NCBI GenBank assembly: GCA_036263375.1
Contig: DATAHB010000004.1
Location: 1 to 42,828, forward strand
Direction: 5' to 3'
DNA length: 42,828 bases
Source: Rhabdochlamydiaceae bacterium
Lineage (GTDB): Bacteria > Chlamydiota > Chlamydiia > Chlamydiales > Rhabdochlamydiaceae
Shown here: positions 10,007 to 19,494 of the stretch, in pieces
Layout: each line of letters starts with the position of its first letter
Numbering within the stretch: position 1 is the stretch's first letter
Program-made: the position numbers and the translations under genes
The notes under the pieces: generated by a model
What the model was told of the DNA's origin: nothing
Seen by the model: the letters and a program-made list of their open reading frames with translations, nothing else
The model's database searches: none

Positions 10007-10423
10007 TTTGCCGACACAGGACTTGCCTGCCATCTTCTGGGCATAGAAACAATCGATCAACTGATCAAAGATCCTCTCTATGGCAATCTGTTTGAAAATT
10101 GGATTATCACAGAACTCATGAAAGCACGTTATAACCAGGCTCTCGATCTGCTTTTTTATTTTTTTCGAGATGTTACAGGGAGAGAAGGCGATCTTCTCTT
10201 ACAACAAGGAAGCCGTTTACTTCCCATTGAAATTAAAAGCAGCAAAACCTTTTCACCCGCTTTCTTGGAAGCGCTGAAATATTTTCACCAACAAACCGGC
10301 AAAAAAGCTCTGGGAGGTGCTGTGATTTACGGAGGGGATCAAACACAACGACTGGGTGAATATACTCTTTATAATCCCGAGAATTGCTCGCAACTTATTT
10401 CAGACAAGTTTTCAACTTCTTAG
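10007..10423 (+). pseudogene. C-terminal remnant of an AAA_14/DUF4143 ATP-binding protein
   Basis: The frame upstream of ATG 10118 reads DTGLACHLLG...GNLFENWII, then FFRD...D...PIEIKS. The N-terminal ATPase domain is absent. Confidence 0.8.
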
Positions 10424-11289
10424 GAATTCGCATTCAAAATAGCTCTAGCTTCTTCAGCAAACTTTTCCCAGGGCGCTTCAAGAATAACCTTATACTGCCC
10501 TTTTTTGAGCAGTTCATCCTGAGTTTCATAAGACGTCATATGACTTAATCGATCGAACACATCACCTTTCAGCCATTTCCAAAGAGAAGCGAAATACGCT
10601 CGTTGCAATTTCATAGCCAATGAATCTTTTTGATTTGGATTGATCCAATCAGGCGGCCGGTTGCTTAAATCTTTTGTAGGGGATGGCCCTACAATAGTAG
10701 TAAAAACGCCAACAATTGCATCGCCAAAAGATATTCCTTTATTCTTTGTTGGAGCAGGCTGAGTAGAAGAGGGTGGTAAAGGCTTGGAAGAAACGTGCAC
10801 AGCCAAGTTTTCAGCTGCTTTTTTTTGTCCTTGTACTTGAGTGAGTAAATCATCAAGAGTCTCTTCTTGCTGCCGTAGTTTTGCCTGCCGTTCTCGATTT
10901 GTCATAGGACGTGAAGTGATGTCTTTCCTAATCTCGGCTTGGGTTGTCTCAAGATCTTTGCAGGCTTTGCTTATCTTTTTTTTTGCTTCCGCTAGCCGTT
11001 ATAGGAGAGCCGTTTTCTCTTGTCTTTCTGATGTACCTTCCGAGCTCGGCAATGGCTCTATTAAGGCGGAGCGTTGCCTTGATTTATCTCCAGTATAGAC
11101 ATAGGTTTTAAAGAGGGCCGTGCAAGCATAAAAGGCAATCACCGTGCAAACACCGATGTAAAGAGCGGGTTGTGTGTTAGACGACCAAGAATTAGGCCAA
11201 GCTGCCCATGATGCAACCACAAACTCCGCGAAAGTGACTCCAAGAGAATATAGAAAGTGTTTTTTAGTGATCGGGATTCCAACCGCAAT
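10420..11289 (-). pseudogene. Inc-like protein (two hydrophobic segments plus coiled coil) interrupted by an in-frame TAA
   Basis: ORFs 10999-11220 and 10420-10905 share a frame and are separated by one TAA at 10999-11001. The frame is open up to the E1 stop at 11293. Confidence 0.65.
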
Positions 11290-11292
11290 AAA

Positions 11293-13320
11293 TCAATAAC
11301 TCGCAAGATCACGAAGCGCTTTTTCAAGGTCGTGGCGCTGGGGAAGAACGGCGTCTTCGAGCGCTTTGCAATACGGAACTGCGCAATCTTTTCCTGCGAC
11401 GCGAGCGATGGGGGCATCGAGGTATTGGAATGCTTTTTCACTGATGGTCGCGGCAATCTCTGCTCCGAAACCGTTATTGCGAGAAGCTTCATGGGCAATG
11501 ACAAGTTTGCCGGTCTTTTTGACGGAAGTTAGGACCGTCTCAACATCAAAGGGAACAATGGTGCGGAGATCAATGATCTCGACGCTAATCCCTTCTTTGG
11601 CGAGCGTTTCAGCGACTTCTGAGGCCATGACGACCATCATTCCCCAGCCGATGATGGTAACATCGGATCCTTCACGGACAACCTTTGCTTTGCCGAGCGG
11701 AAGAAGTTCTTCATCGGCAGGCTCAGGGCGTGCGCAAAAGACGCGCTGCCGGTAGAGCCCTTTGTGTTCTAAGAAAACGACGGGATTCGGGTCACGGATC
11801 GCTGCTTTTAAAAGTCTTTTTGCATCGGCGGTGTTGCTGGGGATCACGACTTTGAGACCTGGGCAGTGGGCTAAATACGCTTCAATGCTTTGAGAATGGT
11901 AAGGGCCCCCTTGGATATATCCACCATACGGCATCCGGATCACTAAAGGGCAGTTCCACTCACCATTAGCGCGGTAGTAGAAGCTGGCGACTTCATTGAA
12001 AAGCTGGTTCATGCCCGGCCAGAGATAGTCAGCAAATTGGATCTCGGCGACAGGCTTAATGCCGTCGACTAAAGACATCCCTAAAGCAATCCCAATAATC
12101 GTCGATTCCGCTAAGGGAGAATTAAAACATCTTTCGACGCCGTATTTGGCGGTCAGTCCGCGGGTGACACCAAAAACGCCTCCTTTGCCATGCGCAACGT
12201 CTTCACCGAAGACGACGATTTTGGGATCTTTTTCCATCTCTTCATCGATCGCATGATTCAGCGCATCAACGATGACGATCGACTCCCCTTTCGTCGCATA
12301 CTCTTCGTTCAAGGCGATTTTAGGAGTCGGAGCAAAGACTTTATCTGCGGCAGTAGCAACATCAGGGAAGGGAATTTGCTCGGCTTCTGCTGCAGCCATT
12401 TCGATCTGCGTAAACGCAAGCTTCTTCATTTCTTCAATTTCATCACGTGTGGCCATACCCATATCGATGATCCATTTTTCTAAGCGCGGGATCGGGTCTT
12501 TGGCTTTTTCAGCGAGCGTGCATTCGGGATCTTGGTATTTTAAAGGATCATCGCTATTGCTGTGAGCACCCATGCGGGGCACTTTGGCAACGATGAGGCT
12601 AGGCCCTTCTTTACGGCGGGCTTTTGCAACGGCAGCAGCTAGAGCTTCTGAGGTTTGTTCAAAGTCGCAGCCGTCGATCTCGTGGACATCGAGTCCTTGA
12701 TAGCCGCGGGCCATTTTTGCAATGGTACCACCGGTCGTTTGGTCTTTGACAGGAACAGAGATCGCCCAGCCGTTATCTTGGACGACGAAAATAATCCCTA
12801 ACCGGTGCAGGCAAGAAAAGTTGAGCGCCTCATGAAAATCGCCTTGAGAGGTCGAACCGTCTCCGCCGGAGACATAAACAACATCATCTCGTCCGAGGAA
12901 TTGGACGCCTTTGGCAACGCCGACCGCTTGCAAATATTGCGATCCGACACAGCTCGATTGACACGGCATTCGGAGCTCCTTGTGGACAAAGTGCTCGGGC
13001 ATCATACGCCCGCCCGAATGGTGCGGAACATCGCGGGCTAGGAAAGCTCCGAGTAGATCTGTTAACGAAGAGCCGATCCCAAGAGCAAAAGCACGGTCGC
13101 GGTAGTAAGGAAGTCCCCAGTCCTTTCCAGGAATTAAACTGAGGGCTGAAACAGTCCCAATCAGCTCATGGCCTGCAACGGAAAGTTGAAAAGTGCCGCC
13201 TTTATTTTGGCGAGAGAGTTTAAAACACTTGTCATCCATAAAACGCGTCAAGACCATCACCTCGAGCGTTCTTAAGGCAAGCGATTTAGCAGTCTGTGGT
13301 TCGATGAGAGTTTGCGTCAT
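11293..13320 (-). CDS. pdhAB: Fused E1 alpha/beta subunit of a 2-oxoacid (probably branched-chain) dehydrogenase
   Basis: TPP motif GDGSTSQGDFHE...DN in the alpha half; FGEDV, AEIQFADY and YHSQS in the beta half; the fusion is typical of Chlamydiae. Confidence 0.92.
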   Translation of the reverse strand: MTQTLIEPQTAKSLALRTLEVMVLTRFMDDKCFKLSRQNKGGTFQLSVAGHELIGTVSALSLIPGKDWGLPYYRDRAFALGIGSSLTDLLGAFLARDVPHHSGGRMMPEHFVHKELRMPCQSSCVGSQYLQAVGVAKGVQFLGRDDVVYVSGGDGSTSQGDFHEALNFSCLHRLGIIFVVQDNGWAISVPVKDQTTGGTIAKMARGYQGLDVHEIDGCDFEQTSEALAAAVAKARRKEGPSLIVAKVPRMGAHSNSDDPLKYQDPECTLAEKAKDPIPRLEKWIIDMGMATRDEIEEMKKLAFTQIEMAAAEAEQIPFPDVATAADKVFAPTPKIALNEEYATKGESIVIVDALNHAIDEEMEKDPKIVVFGEDVAHGKGGVFGVTRGLTAKYGVERCFNSPLAESTIIGIALGMSLVDGIKPVAEIQFADYLWPGMNQLFNEVASFYYRANGEWNCPLVIRMPYGGYIQGGPYHSQSIEAYLAHCPGLKVVIPSNTADAKRLLKAAIRDPNPVVFLEHKGLYRQRVFCARPEPADEELLPLGKAKVVREGSDVTIIGWGMMVVMASEVAETLAKEGISVEIIDLRTIVPFDVETVLTSVKKTGKLVIAHEASRNNGFGAEIAATISEKAFQYLDAPIARVAGKDCAVPYCKALEDAVLPQRHDLEKALRDLASY

Positions 13321-14429
13321 TTTTTCTTTTTCGATTGAATCGGTGTCACTTTTTTCATTGGAACTGGAGCTTTTGTTTCTTCCACCTCAACTTTCTTCTC
13401 TTTACGCCGCGGCAGGAAACCTTTGACGACATCGAGAAGGCCCCGTTTCTTTGGAGATTCTTCCGGCTCTAGGCTGACCATCGGTTCTTGTTGAGAAACT
13501 GACTTGAAGAACTTTTGATCTCTTTCCCCCACGATATCTTCAATACCCGACAGTCGGCTGGAAAGCTGGCGGAGAGATTCGAGGCGTTGCGACAGCGCTT
13601 CGAGCTTCGTATCGACTTTGACACGGGTTGTACCGCGCAAATTAGCGAGTAGCTCGGCTTCTGTTCCATAACGAGAAGAGAAAGTCACGGCAGAAGCCGT
13701 TGTGATATCTGGCAAATACAGGAAGGTACGGCAGACAGGAGGAACCGTGGTATAGATATCCCCAGTTAGCTGCGGCTCGACTTCAACTTTCACTTGTTGT
13801 TTGGGAGGCCGGCCCCGTTTTGGACGAGGATTGAGCGCTTCGTTCGAGTAGTAGGTTTTCGCTTTTTGACTGAGCACTTCCCGCGCCTGGGCCACATCTT
13901 TTCCGACTTTTGCATCAAAAAGCTGCTGTTTGACCTTTTCCATGACGACTTTTGGCAGATCGAGATCTTCTTCAAAGACAAAAACGAATTCTTGAGACCT
14001 TAACCACTCAATGATCCGAATCCTCATTCTTTCGACGTAGTATTGTTGCCACTTTTCGAGTTCGGTGAGATGGTCATAGATGAATTCAAGAAAATTTTCC
14101 CTCGCCTCTTTCGACTGGATGACGTCTAACAGCTTTTCTTTCGTGTCAATGTCGTAAACTTTTTCGTTGATAAACCCCTCCATAAACTTCTTCGTCTCAT
14201 AGAAAGTCATCTTGGGGAGTTGGGCATAACGGTCAGGGTGCTCTTCCAACTCAAGGGTAAAATCATCGATTTCTTTCTGCCCTTTATCGAGGTCCATATA
14301 GAGGATAAACCCCTCGACGCGGTCTAGATAAAAATCCCTTTCATCGTCGGATTTAGCAAACGCATCGATCAAACGGTGGAAACGGAGGAGCAGAGGATTC
14401 TGAGCTTTAGGATAAGAATTTGTTTTCAT
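13317..14429 (-). CDS. UPF0158 family protein (CT429-like)
   Basis: AFAKSDDERDFYLDRVEGF and NPRPKRGRPPK are recognisable chlamydial UPF0158 sequence; ATGA overlap with the E1 gene. Confidence 0.85.
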   Translation of the reverse strand: MKTNSYPKAQNPLLLRFHRLIDAFAKSDDERDFYLDRVEGFILYMDLDKGQKEIDDFTLELEEHPDRYAQLPKMTFYETKKFMEGFINEKVYDIDTKEKLLDVIQSKEARENFLEFIYDHLTELEKWQQYYVERMRIRIIEWLRSQEFVFVFEEDLDLPKVVMEKVKQQLFDAKVGKDVAQAREVLSQKAKTYYSNEALNPRPKRGRPPKQQVKVEVEPQLTGDIYTTVPPVCRTFLYLPDITTASAVTFSSRYGTEAELLANLRGTTRVKVDTKLEALSQRLESLRQLSSRLSGIEDIVGERDQKFFKSVSQQEPMVSLEPEESPKKRGLLDVVKGFLPRRKEKKVEVEETKAPVPMKKVTPIQSKKKK

Positions 14430-14739
14430 AAAAATTTCTTTTGATTCCCTCCATCATACCTGAATCGGTTCAAAATGTCGAGCATGCGCTTTGTCAAATT
14501 TTTAATATATGCCGCATGCTCGGCAGCGCACAAGTAACTGGAGCAACTATTTTAATTTTGAAAAACAAGATTCTCATCTTTGTAACGCCCTTTCTTTTTG
14601 CACTGTTTTCAAGCTCTAGGGCAATTAGACGTAGTATTTCAGAAAGACAACTCCATCCATATTAACGCAATACGGATAGATTTGCAACCGGCGATTTTAA
14701 CGACTTTAGAGCAACTTTAAATCGATTATCTTGTAGCAA

Positions 14740-15099
14740 TTATTCAAATCCCAAAACTTGAAAAATCGATTTACCATCAAACGAAACATTCTTTGCCACT
14801 AAATGGTACCACTTATACTTAGAAGGAATTTTCGATGTAATCTTCTCTAAAGCGTGATTAGGAAGTTCTTTTTCGAGCATCAAAAAGACTTGGCAGCTAA
14901 AATCCCCCAAAGGTTTAACCTTTATGCGTTCTGCGTTTGGAGCAAAAAAGATCCCAACCTTAACTCCATCAACTTTGAATAGTTTTTGAACGTTAGCTGT
15001 AGTTTTGAAAAATTGCTCTAATTGCTCTATCTTCCCTACTTCCATACTCTGCGGGGGAATCTTTGGGGCATCACCTGCTAAACATACTTTGTTAGCCAT
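14740..15099 (-). CDS. Hypothetical protein
   Basis: ATG at 15099 is preceded by AGGAG; 119 aa; no recognised motif. Confidence 0.6.
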   Translation of the reverse strand: MANKVCLAGDAPKIPPQSMEVGKIEQLEQFFKTTANVQKLFKVDGVKVGIFFAPNAERIKVKPLGDFSCQVFLMLEKELPNHALEKITSKIPSKYKWYHLVAKNVSFDGKSIFQVLGFE

Positions 15100-15157
15100 A
15101 TTACCAACTCCTATGTAAGTAACAATGATCGTATCGAGAGGGAAAATTAAAAACAAG

Positions 15158-15195
15158 TATATCCAAATGAATTCGAATGAGTTTATTTGGGTATA
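15158..15195. mobile_element. 38-bp minimal TATAC-type palindrome
   Basis: TATATCCAAATGAATTC versus the reverse complement of the right arm, TATACCCAAATAAACTC. Confidence 0.55.
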
Positions 15196-15304
15196 ATATC
15201 CAGGGCTGACCCATTGAGAAAAATCTATTGAGGCTGTTAGACTTCCGCCTTTAGCAAAATTGCAAAAGACGAAACCTATACCGTTAACAGTCTCTGAGGA
15301 TCAA

Positions 15305-15862
15305 ATGAATAAAAAGAAACTGCTTCTTATCGCTCTTACCTTAGCTTTTGCATGGGGCAATTGCCAGGAAAGCACAAATCAACAAGCTCAAATGCAAGGA
15401 CTTGAGATGGATTACGCCATAGAGAAACTAGAAAAGAAATTTTTCATTGGACTTGAGTTGAGAACGAATAATGACGAGTGCTCTCAGGCCATGCCGGCTC
15501 ACAAGGAAAGGTTTTTTAAAGAAAATATTCCCGCTAAAATCCCGAATAAGGTTAATGGAAATATTCTGGCACTCTACACCGACTATGAAGGCGATTATAC
15601 GAAACCGTATTCATGGATCCTTGGCTGCGAAGTTTCAAGCTTAGAGGATGTGCCTGCAGGACTCGTCGGTAAAATAATTCCTGCAGCTAAATATGCTGTT
15701 TTTACCACTCAAGGGGAGTTTCCTCAAGGGCTGATCGCTGCATGGCAAGCCGTTTGGAAGTCACATCTTTCTCGCTCCTATACCAGTGATTTTGAACTGT
15801 ATCGTTCTGATTTTAATCCTCAAAACAACCCAGAAGTCAAACTCTATATAGCAATCCAATGA
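15305..15862 (+). CDS. GyrI-like/Cass2 effector-binding protein with signal peptide
   Basis: IGLELRTNN, ALYTDYE, IPAAKYAVF and YTSDFELY; ATG 15305 follows GAGGA; N-terminus MNKKKLLLIALTLAFAWGNC. Confidence 0.85.
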   Translation: MNKKKLLLIALTLAFAWGNCQESTNQQAQMQGLEMDYAIEKLEKKFFIGLELRTNNDECSQAMPAHKERFFKENIPAKIPNKVNGNILALYTDYEGDYTKPYSWILGCEVSSLEDVPAGLVGKIIPAAKYAVFTTQGEFPQGLIAAWQAVWKSHLSRSYTSDFELYRSDFNPQNNPEVKLYIAIQ

Positions 15863-16572
15863 AAAAACAACTTTTCTGTTCTGCGCTTGTACTCTTAGCG
15901 ATCGGCTTTCACAAGATTGAAGCTGGATGGGGACCAGCAATGGTCGAGGAAATCATTTCGGCCCCTGTGCAACCCGATGCGCAACCTGATATGCAACCGG
16001 GCGAAGCTGAATGCTTGATGGGGATAAGGTGTTTCATGGATCCTATTCCAAAAGAGAGCGAAGGATGTCAATATTTTCAAACCGCCGTTGAGAAGGGCTT
16101 CGTGAAAGCATATTCTCTGCTAGCAGATTGTTATTTATCAGGGAGAGGCGTCGCCAAAAATGAGTCTCATGGCATAGGATTGCTTCGACTAGGGGCAGCA
16201 TTCGGCGACACCAATGCACAATTCACCTTCGGCTTATATACCAAACTTGGCCTGATCGTCGATCAAGATTACGCTGCAGGCTACAGGTGGCTCAAAAAAG
16301 CTGCCGATGGGGGTCATAAGAATGCCCAATGCAATGTCGCCATGTGCTATGAATTGGGCCAAGGTGTCGAACAAAATGAGAAAGAAGCTTTTTTTTGGTA
16401 CAAAAAAGCTGCTGAACAAGGCCATCCATACGCGCGATATAAGTTAGGAACCCTCTATGAAGAGGGTCGAGGTGTTGAGCAAGACATCCATGAAGCTGTA
16501 AAATGGTACAAACTCGCCGCCGATCAGGGCAATGCTGATGCAAAAAAGAAACTTGAAATACTACTCGGCTAA
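15859..16572 (+). CDS. Sel1-like repeat protein, secreted
   Basis: Repeats of the form A..WYKKAAEQG..A...LG..Y..G.GV; signal peptide; ATGA overlap with the upstream gene. Confidence 0.92.
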   Translation: MKKQLFCSALVLLAIGFHKIEAGWGPAMVEEIISAPVQPDAQPDMQPGEAECLMGIRCFMDPIPKESEGCQYFQTAVEKGFVKAYSLLADCYLSGRGVAKNESHGIGLLRLGAAFGDTNAQFTFGLYTKLGLIVDQDYAAGYRWLKKAADGGHKNAQCNVAMCYELGQGVEQNEKEAFFWYKKAAEQGHPYARYKLGTLYEEGRGVEQDIHEAVKWYKLAADQGNADAKKKLEILLG

Positions 16573-16780
16573 TAGGCAATTTTTGGGATGTGTGTTCTAA
16601 GAAAGTTTAGGCGACTAATTTCGCGTATTATGTGTTTAGAACCAGAGGGTTACATGTTATGAATTTATTTTTTTGTCCAGTACAGAGGAACTTTCCACCT
16701 GTCAATCTTTTTTAATTGCCGCTTTCTATTTTTTTGTCTGTTATAATCATACAAAAAAAACAAACGGATGATTTATAATT

Positions 16781-17974
16781 ATGGCTCATTTTATTAATTC
16801 TAGATATGGCATGCCTTTGTTTGCCGTGACGATAGGGGCTATAACTGCTTTATGTCTATACTCGCGATACAAGCCTGAAAGGACAGTGTATGAACGAATC
16901 TGCGCTATTATGCGTGGAGCGTTGGATTCGATTGGTAGAAACTTGTGCGAAGGCACCTCTAAGATTAAGCCGTTTCCGCATGTCAAAAAAGTAGAAGAGC
17001 CTCAGCCAGAAATATGTCTTCTATTCTTTCGGGTAAAGGGAAACAAAATCCATGCTACTCAGAAAGTTTATCTTCTTGGGACAAACCATGCTGTGAAAGC
17101 GCATCAATATCCTGAATGGGTTCTAAAAGACATTCAAAATTGCGATTTGCTTGTTTCAGAGTTTGAAAAGGAGTTGGTGACTGGAGACCCTCATACAATG
17201 GTTTGGCTACGCAATGCTGAAACCCTCTTGACAATCCAAACTAAGCTGATTCCTTTTGATGAGGAATGGTTTAAAGTCCATCTTCCTAAAGTAGGATATG
17301 ACTCTGAGAATAGTGAGAGTGTGATTTCTATGCTAAAGGAGAAGAGTAATGAACTCATGAGAGATCGAACTAATTGGCTAAGTCATTTGTCAGAGGAAAC
17401 GCAAATGCAAATTCAGCAGCATCTCAACGACTCTTATGGTGGGTTAAAGATAGAAGCTGTGGATCCGTTTTTTGTTGAGAGTTCTTTAGGCTATGCGGCA
17501 GGTAACGAGATGATCGATACCGATACTGGAGAAATAGTGATTCTACAAAATTTCAAAGATCGAGATCGGCCTATTATTAACTGGGAGTCCAAGGATGAGC
17601 TACTGGTCATGTTCCTACAGGATTTTCTAAAGGACATTTCTTCTTATTCTCTAGAAGATTCTTTAAATAGCATTCAAAATATGCTTGTTGGAAAATTTGA
17701 AGAAGAGCACGACTCACCTGAAAAGTATATCGACTTGGTCAATAATTGCATGGTTCATGATCTTGCAAGTTTCAAAGAATCACTCAAAAAAGACGATGAA
17801 ATTCCTGCTATGATTTACCGAAATATTGTAGGGTTTCCCAAGATCATTTCGGGAATCAATCAAGGAAAAGATACTGCAATTATCCTTGGCGCTCGACACC
17901 TCATGGGAGCAACTGGCGTGATAAACTCCCTTGAGGAGAGAGGATACTGCGTTGAGCATGCTGTCAAACTCTGA
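16781..17974 (+). CDS. TraB/GumN (Tiki-like) family protein
   Basis: YLLGTNH, a downstream RN, and LGARHLMGATGVINSLEERGY; N-terminal TM anchor. Confidence 0.8.
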   Translation: MAHFINSRYGMPLFAVTIGAITALCLYSRYKPERTVYERICAIMRGALDSIGRNLCEGTSKIKPFPHVKKVEEPQPEICLLFFRVKGNKIHATQKVYLLGTNHAVKAHQYPEWVLKDIQNCDLLVSEFEKELVTGDPHTMVWLRNAETLLTIQTKLIPFDEEWFKVHLPKVGYDSENSESVISMLKEKSNELMRDRTNWLSHLSEETQMQIQQHLNDSYGGLKIEAVDPFFVESSLGYAAGNEMIDTDTGEIVILQNFKDRDRPIINWESKDELLVMFLQDFLKDISSYSLEDSLNSIQNMLVGKFEEEHDSPEKYIDLVNNCMVHDLASFKESLKKDDEIPAMIYRNIVGFPKIISGINQGKDTAIILGARHLMGATGVINSLEERGYCVEHAVKL

Positions 17975-18024
17975 AAGGCTATGAAGAGACTAAAAATTCT
18001 GAGAAATCGAAAATACGGGCAAAG

Positions 18025-18092
18025 CCAAATCCATTCTTAGCATGCAAGACAGTGTTCTTGAATACGGCTGCATGCTGAGAATGGAGATTGGC
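18025..18092. repeat. Long imperfect inverted repeat (possible decayed palindromic element or terminator)
   Basis: GCCAAATCCATTCTTAGCATGCA ... TGCATGCTGAGAATGGAGATTGGC. Confidence 0.6.
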
Positions 18093-18161
18093 AAGGTCGC
18101 AGCAAGCATCTTTGTCATCTATTTGAGGCGCGGGTTAGTAGAAGACACTATAGGTCCTTCA

Positions 18162-18190
18162 TTGACTATAAGGTTATTTTGGTCTAAAAT
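18162..18190 (+). promoter_or_regulatory. serS operon promoter
   Basis: TTGACT-17nt-TAAAAT. Confidence 0.65.
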
Positions 18191-18213
18191 GAACTCTTTT
18201 TAATAGAGAAAAC

Positions 18214-19494
18214 ATGTTAGATATCAAGCTGCTCAGAAAAGACCCTCAAGCCCTCGAAACCAAACTCAAGACAAAAGACCCTGAAATCGATCTGGGCCCA
18301 CTCCTTGCCCTGGATGAGAAAATCCGGCATGTGATCGCCCAGGTCGAAGAACTCCAGGCGAAACGAAATAGTCTCTCCAAAGAGATCGGCGAGAAAAAAC
18401 GGAAAGGGGAAGATGTTGCGGGAGTCATGAGTCAAGTGAGCGGACTGGGAGACAAAGTCTCTGCCCTCAACCACGAACGGACAGAGCTTGAAAAAGAACT
18501 CACGCACAAACTTGCCTGCTTGCCTAATCTTCCAAGCGATGAAGCAAAGGTTTCTCCCGATCCGAAAGACAACGTCTGCATTAAAACCTGGGGCCAAAAA
18601 CGGGAGTTTGACTTTCCATTCAAGAACCATGTCGAGCTCAATGAAAAGCTTAAACTTTTCGATTTTAAACGAGCCGCAAAAACCTCCGGCAGCGGATGGC
18701 CTGCCTATTGCAACATGGGAGCCCGGTTAGAATGGGCGCTGATCAACTTCATGATCGACATCCATATCGAAAACGGCTTTGAAATGTGGATGCCTCCTCA
18801 TTTGATCAAACCGGAAACAATGTTCGCCTCTGCGCAGCTGCCGAAATTTGAGCATCAGCTGTTCAAAATCAAAGATGATGACTACAACCTCTATCTTATT
18901 CCAACGTCGGAAACCGTGCTCAACGGCCTGCATATGGATGAAATCTTTGCTGAAGTGGAGCTTCCCAAACGATACATGGCCTACACGCCTTGCTTCCGCA
19001 GAGAAGCAGGAGCCGCGGGCAGTCAAGAGCGGGGGCTCATCCGGATGCACCAATTTAACAAAGTCGAAATGTTTGCCTTCACAAAACCGGATCAGAGCGA
19101 ACCGATGTTCCAGCAGATGGTGAGCAGTGCAGAACAGATTTTACAGGGGCTTAACATCCATTACCGGAATATGCTCTTGGTCACGGGAGATATGTCATTT
19201 GCTGCGATGAAAACCATCGATGTCGAAGTGTGGCTCCCTGGACAAAACCGGTATTACGAAGTCTCTTCGATCTCTAATTGTGGTGACTTCCAGTCGCGCC
19301 GCTCGATGACCCGCTACAAGCATGGAGATGGAAAACCTGAGTTCGTGTATACCTTGAATGGATCTGGACTCGCGACGTCACGGCTGATGGTTGCTCTCCT
19401 TGAAAACAATCAACGGCCGGATGGTTCTGTTGAGATTCCACTGGTCTTGCATCAATACCTCAATGGAGTCACACAATTATGTCCGATATCTTAA
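18214..19494 (+). CDS. serS: Seryl-tRNA synthetase
   Basis: MLDIKLLR start, coiled-coil arm, LIPTSE, FRREAG, HQFNKVE and TLNGSGLA. Confidence 0.98.
   Translation: MLDIKLLRKDPQALETKLKTKDPEIDLGPLLALDEKIRHVIAQVEELQAKRNSLSKEIGEKKRKGEDVAGVMSQVSGLGDKVSALNHERTELEKELTHKLACLPNLPSDEAKVSPDPKDNVCIKTWGQKREFDFPFKNHVELNEKLKLFDFKRAAKTSGSGWPAYCNMGARLEWALINFMIDIHIENGFEMWMPPHLIKPETMFASAQLPKFEHQLFKIKDDDYNLYLIPTSETVLNGLHMDEIFAEVELPKRYMAYTPCFRREAGAAGSQERGLIRMHQFNKVEMFAFTKPDQSEPMFQQMVSSAEQILQGLNIHYRNMLLVTGDMSFAAMKTIDVEVWLPGQNRYYEVSSISNCGDFQSRRSMTRYKHGDGKPEFVYTLNGSGLATSRLMVALLENNQRPDGSVEIPLVLHQYLNGVTQLCPIS

Noticed and set aside
11293-13320. E1 alpha/beta fusion as a novelty
   Set aside because: Well known in Chlamydiae and Bacteroidota.
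14441-14665. 74-aa plus-strand ORF
   Set aside because: Weak start, no RBS or motif; overlaps the likely promoter region of the divergent operon.
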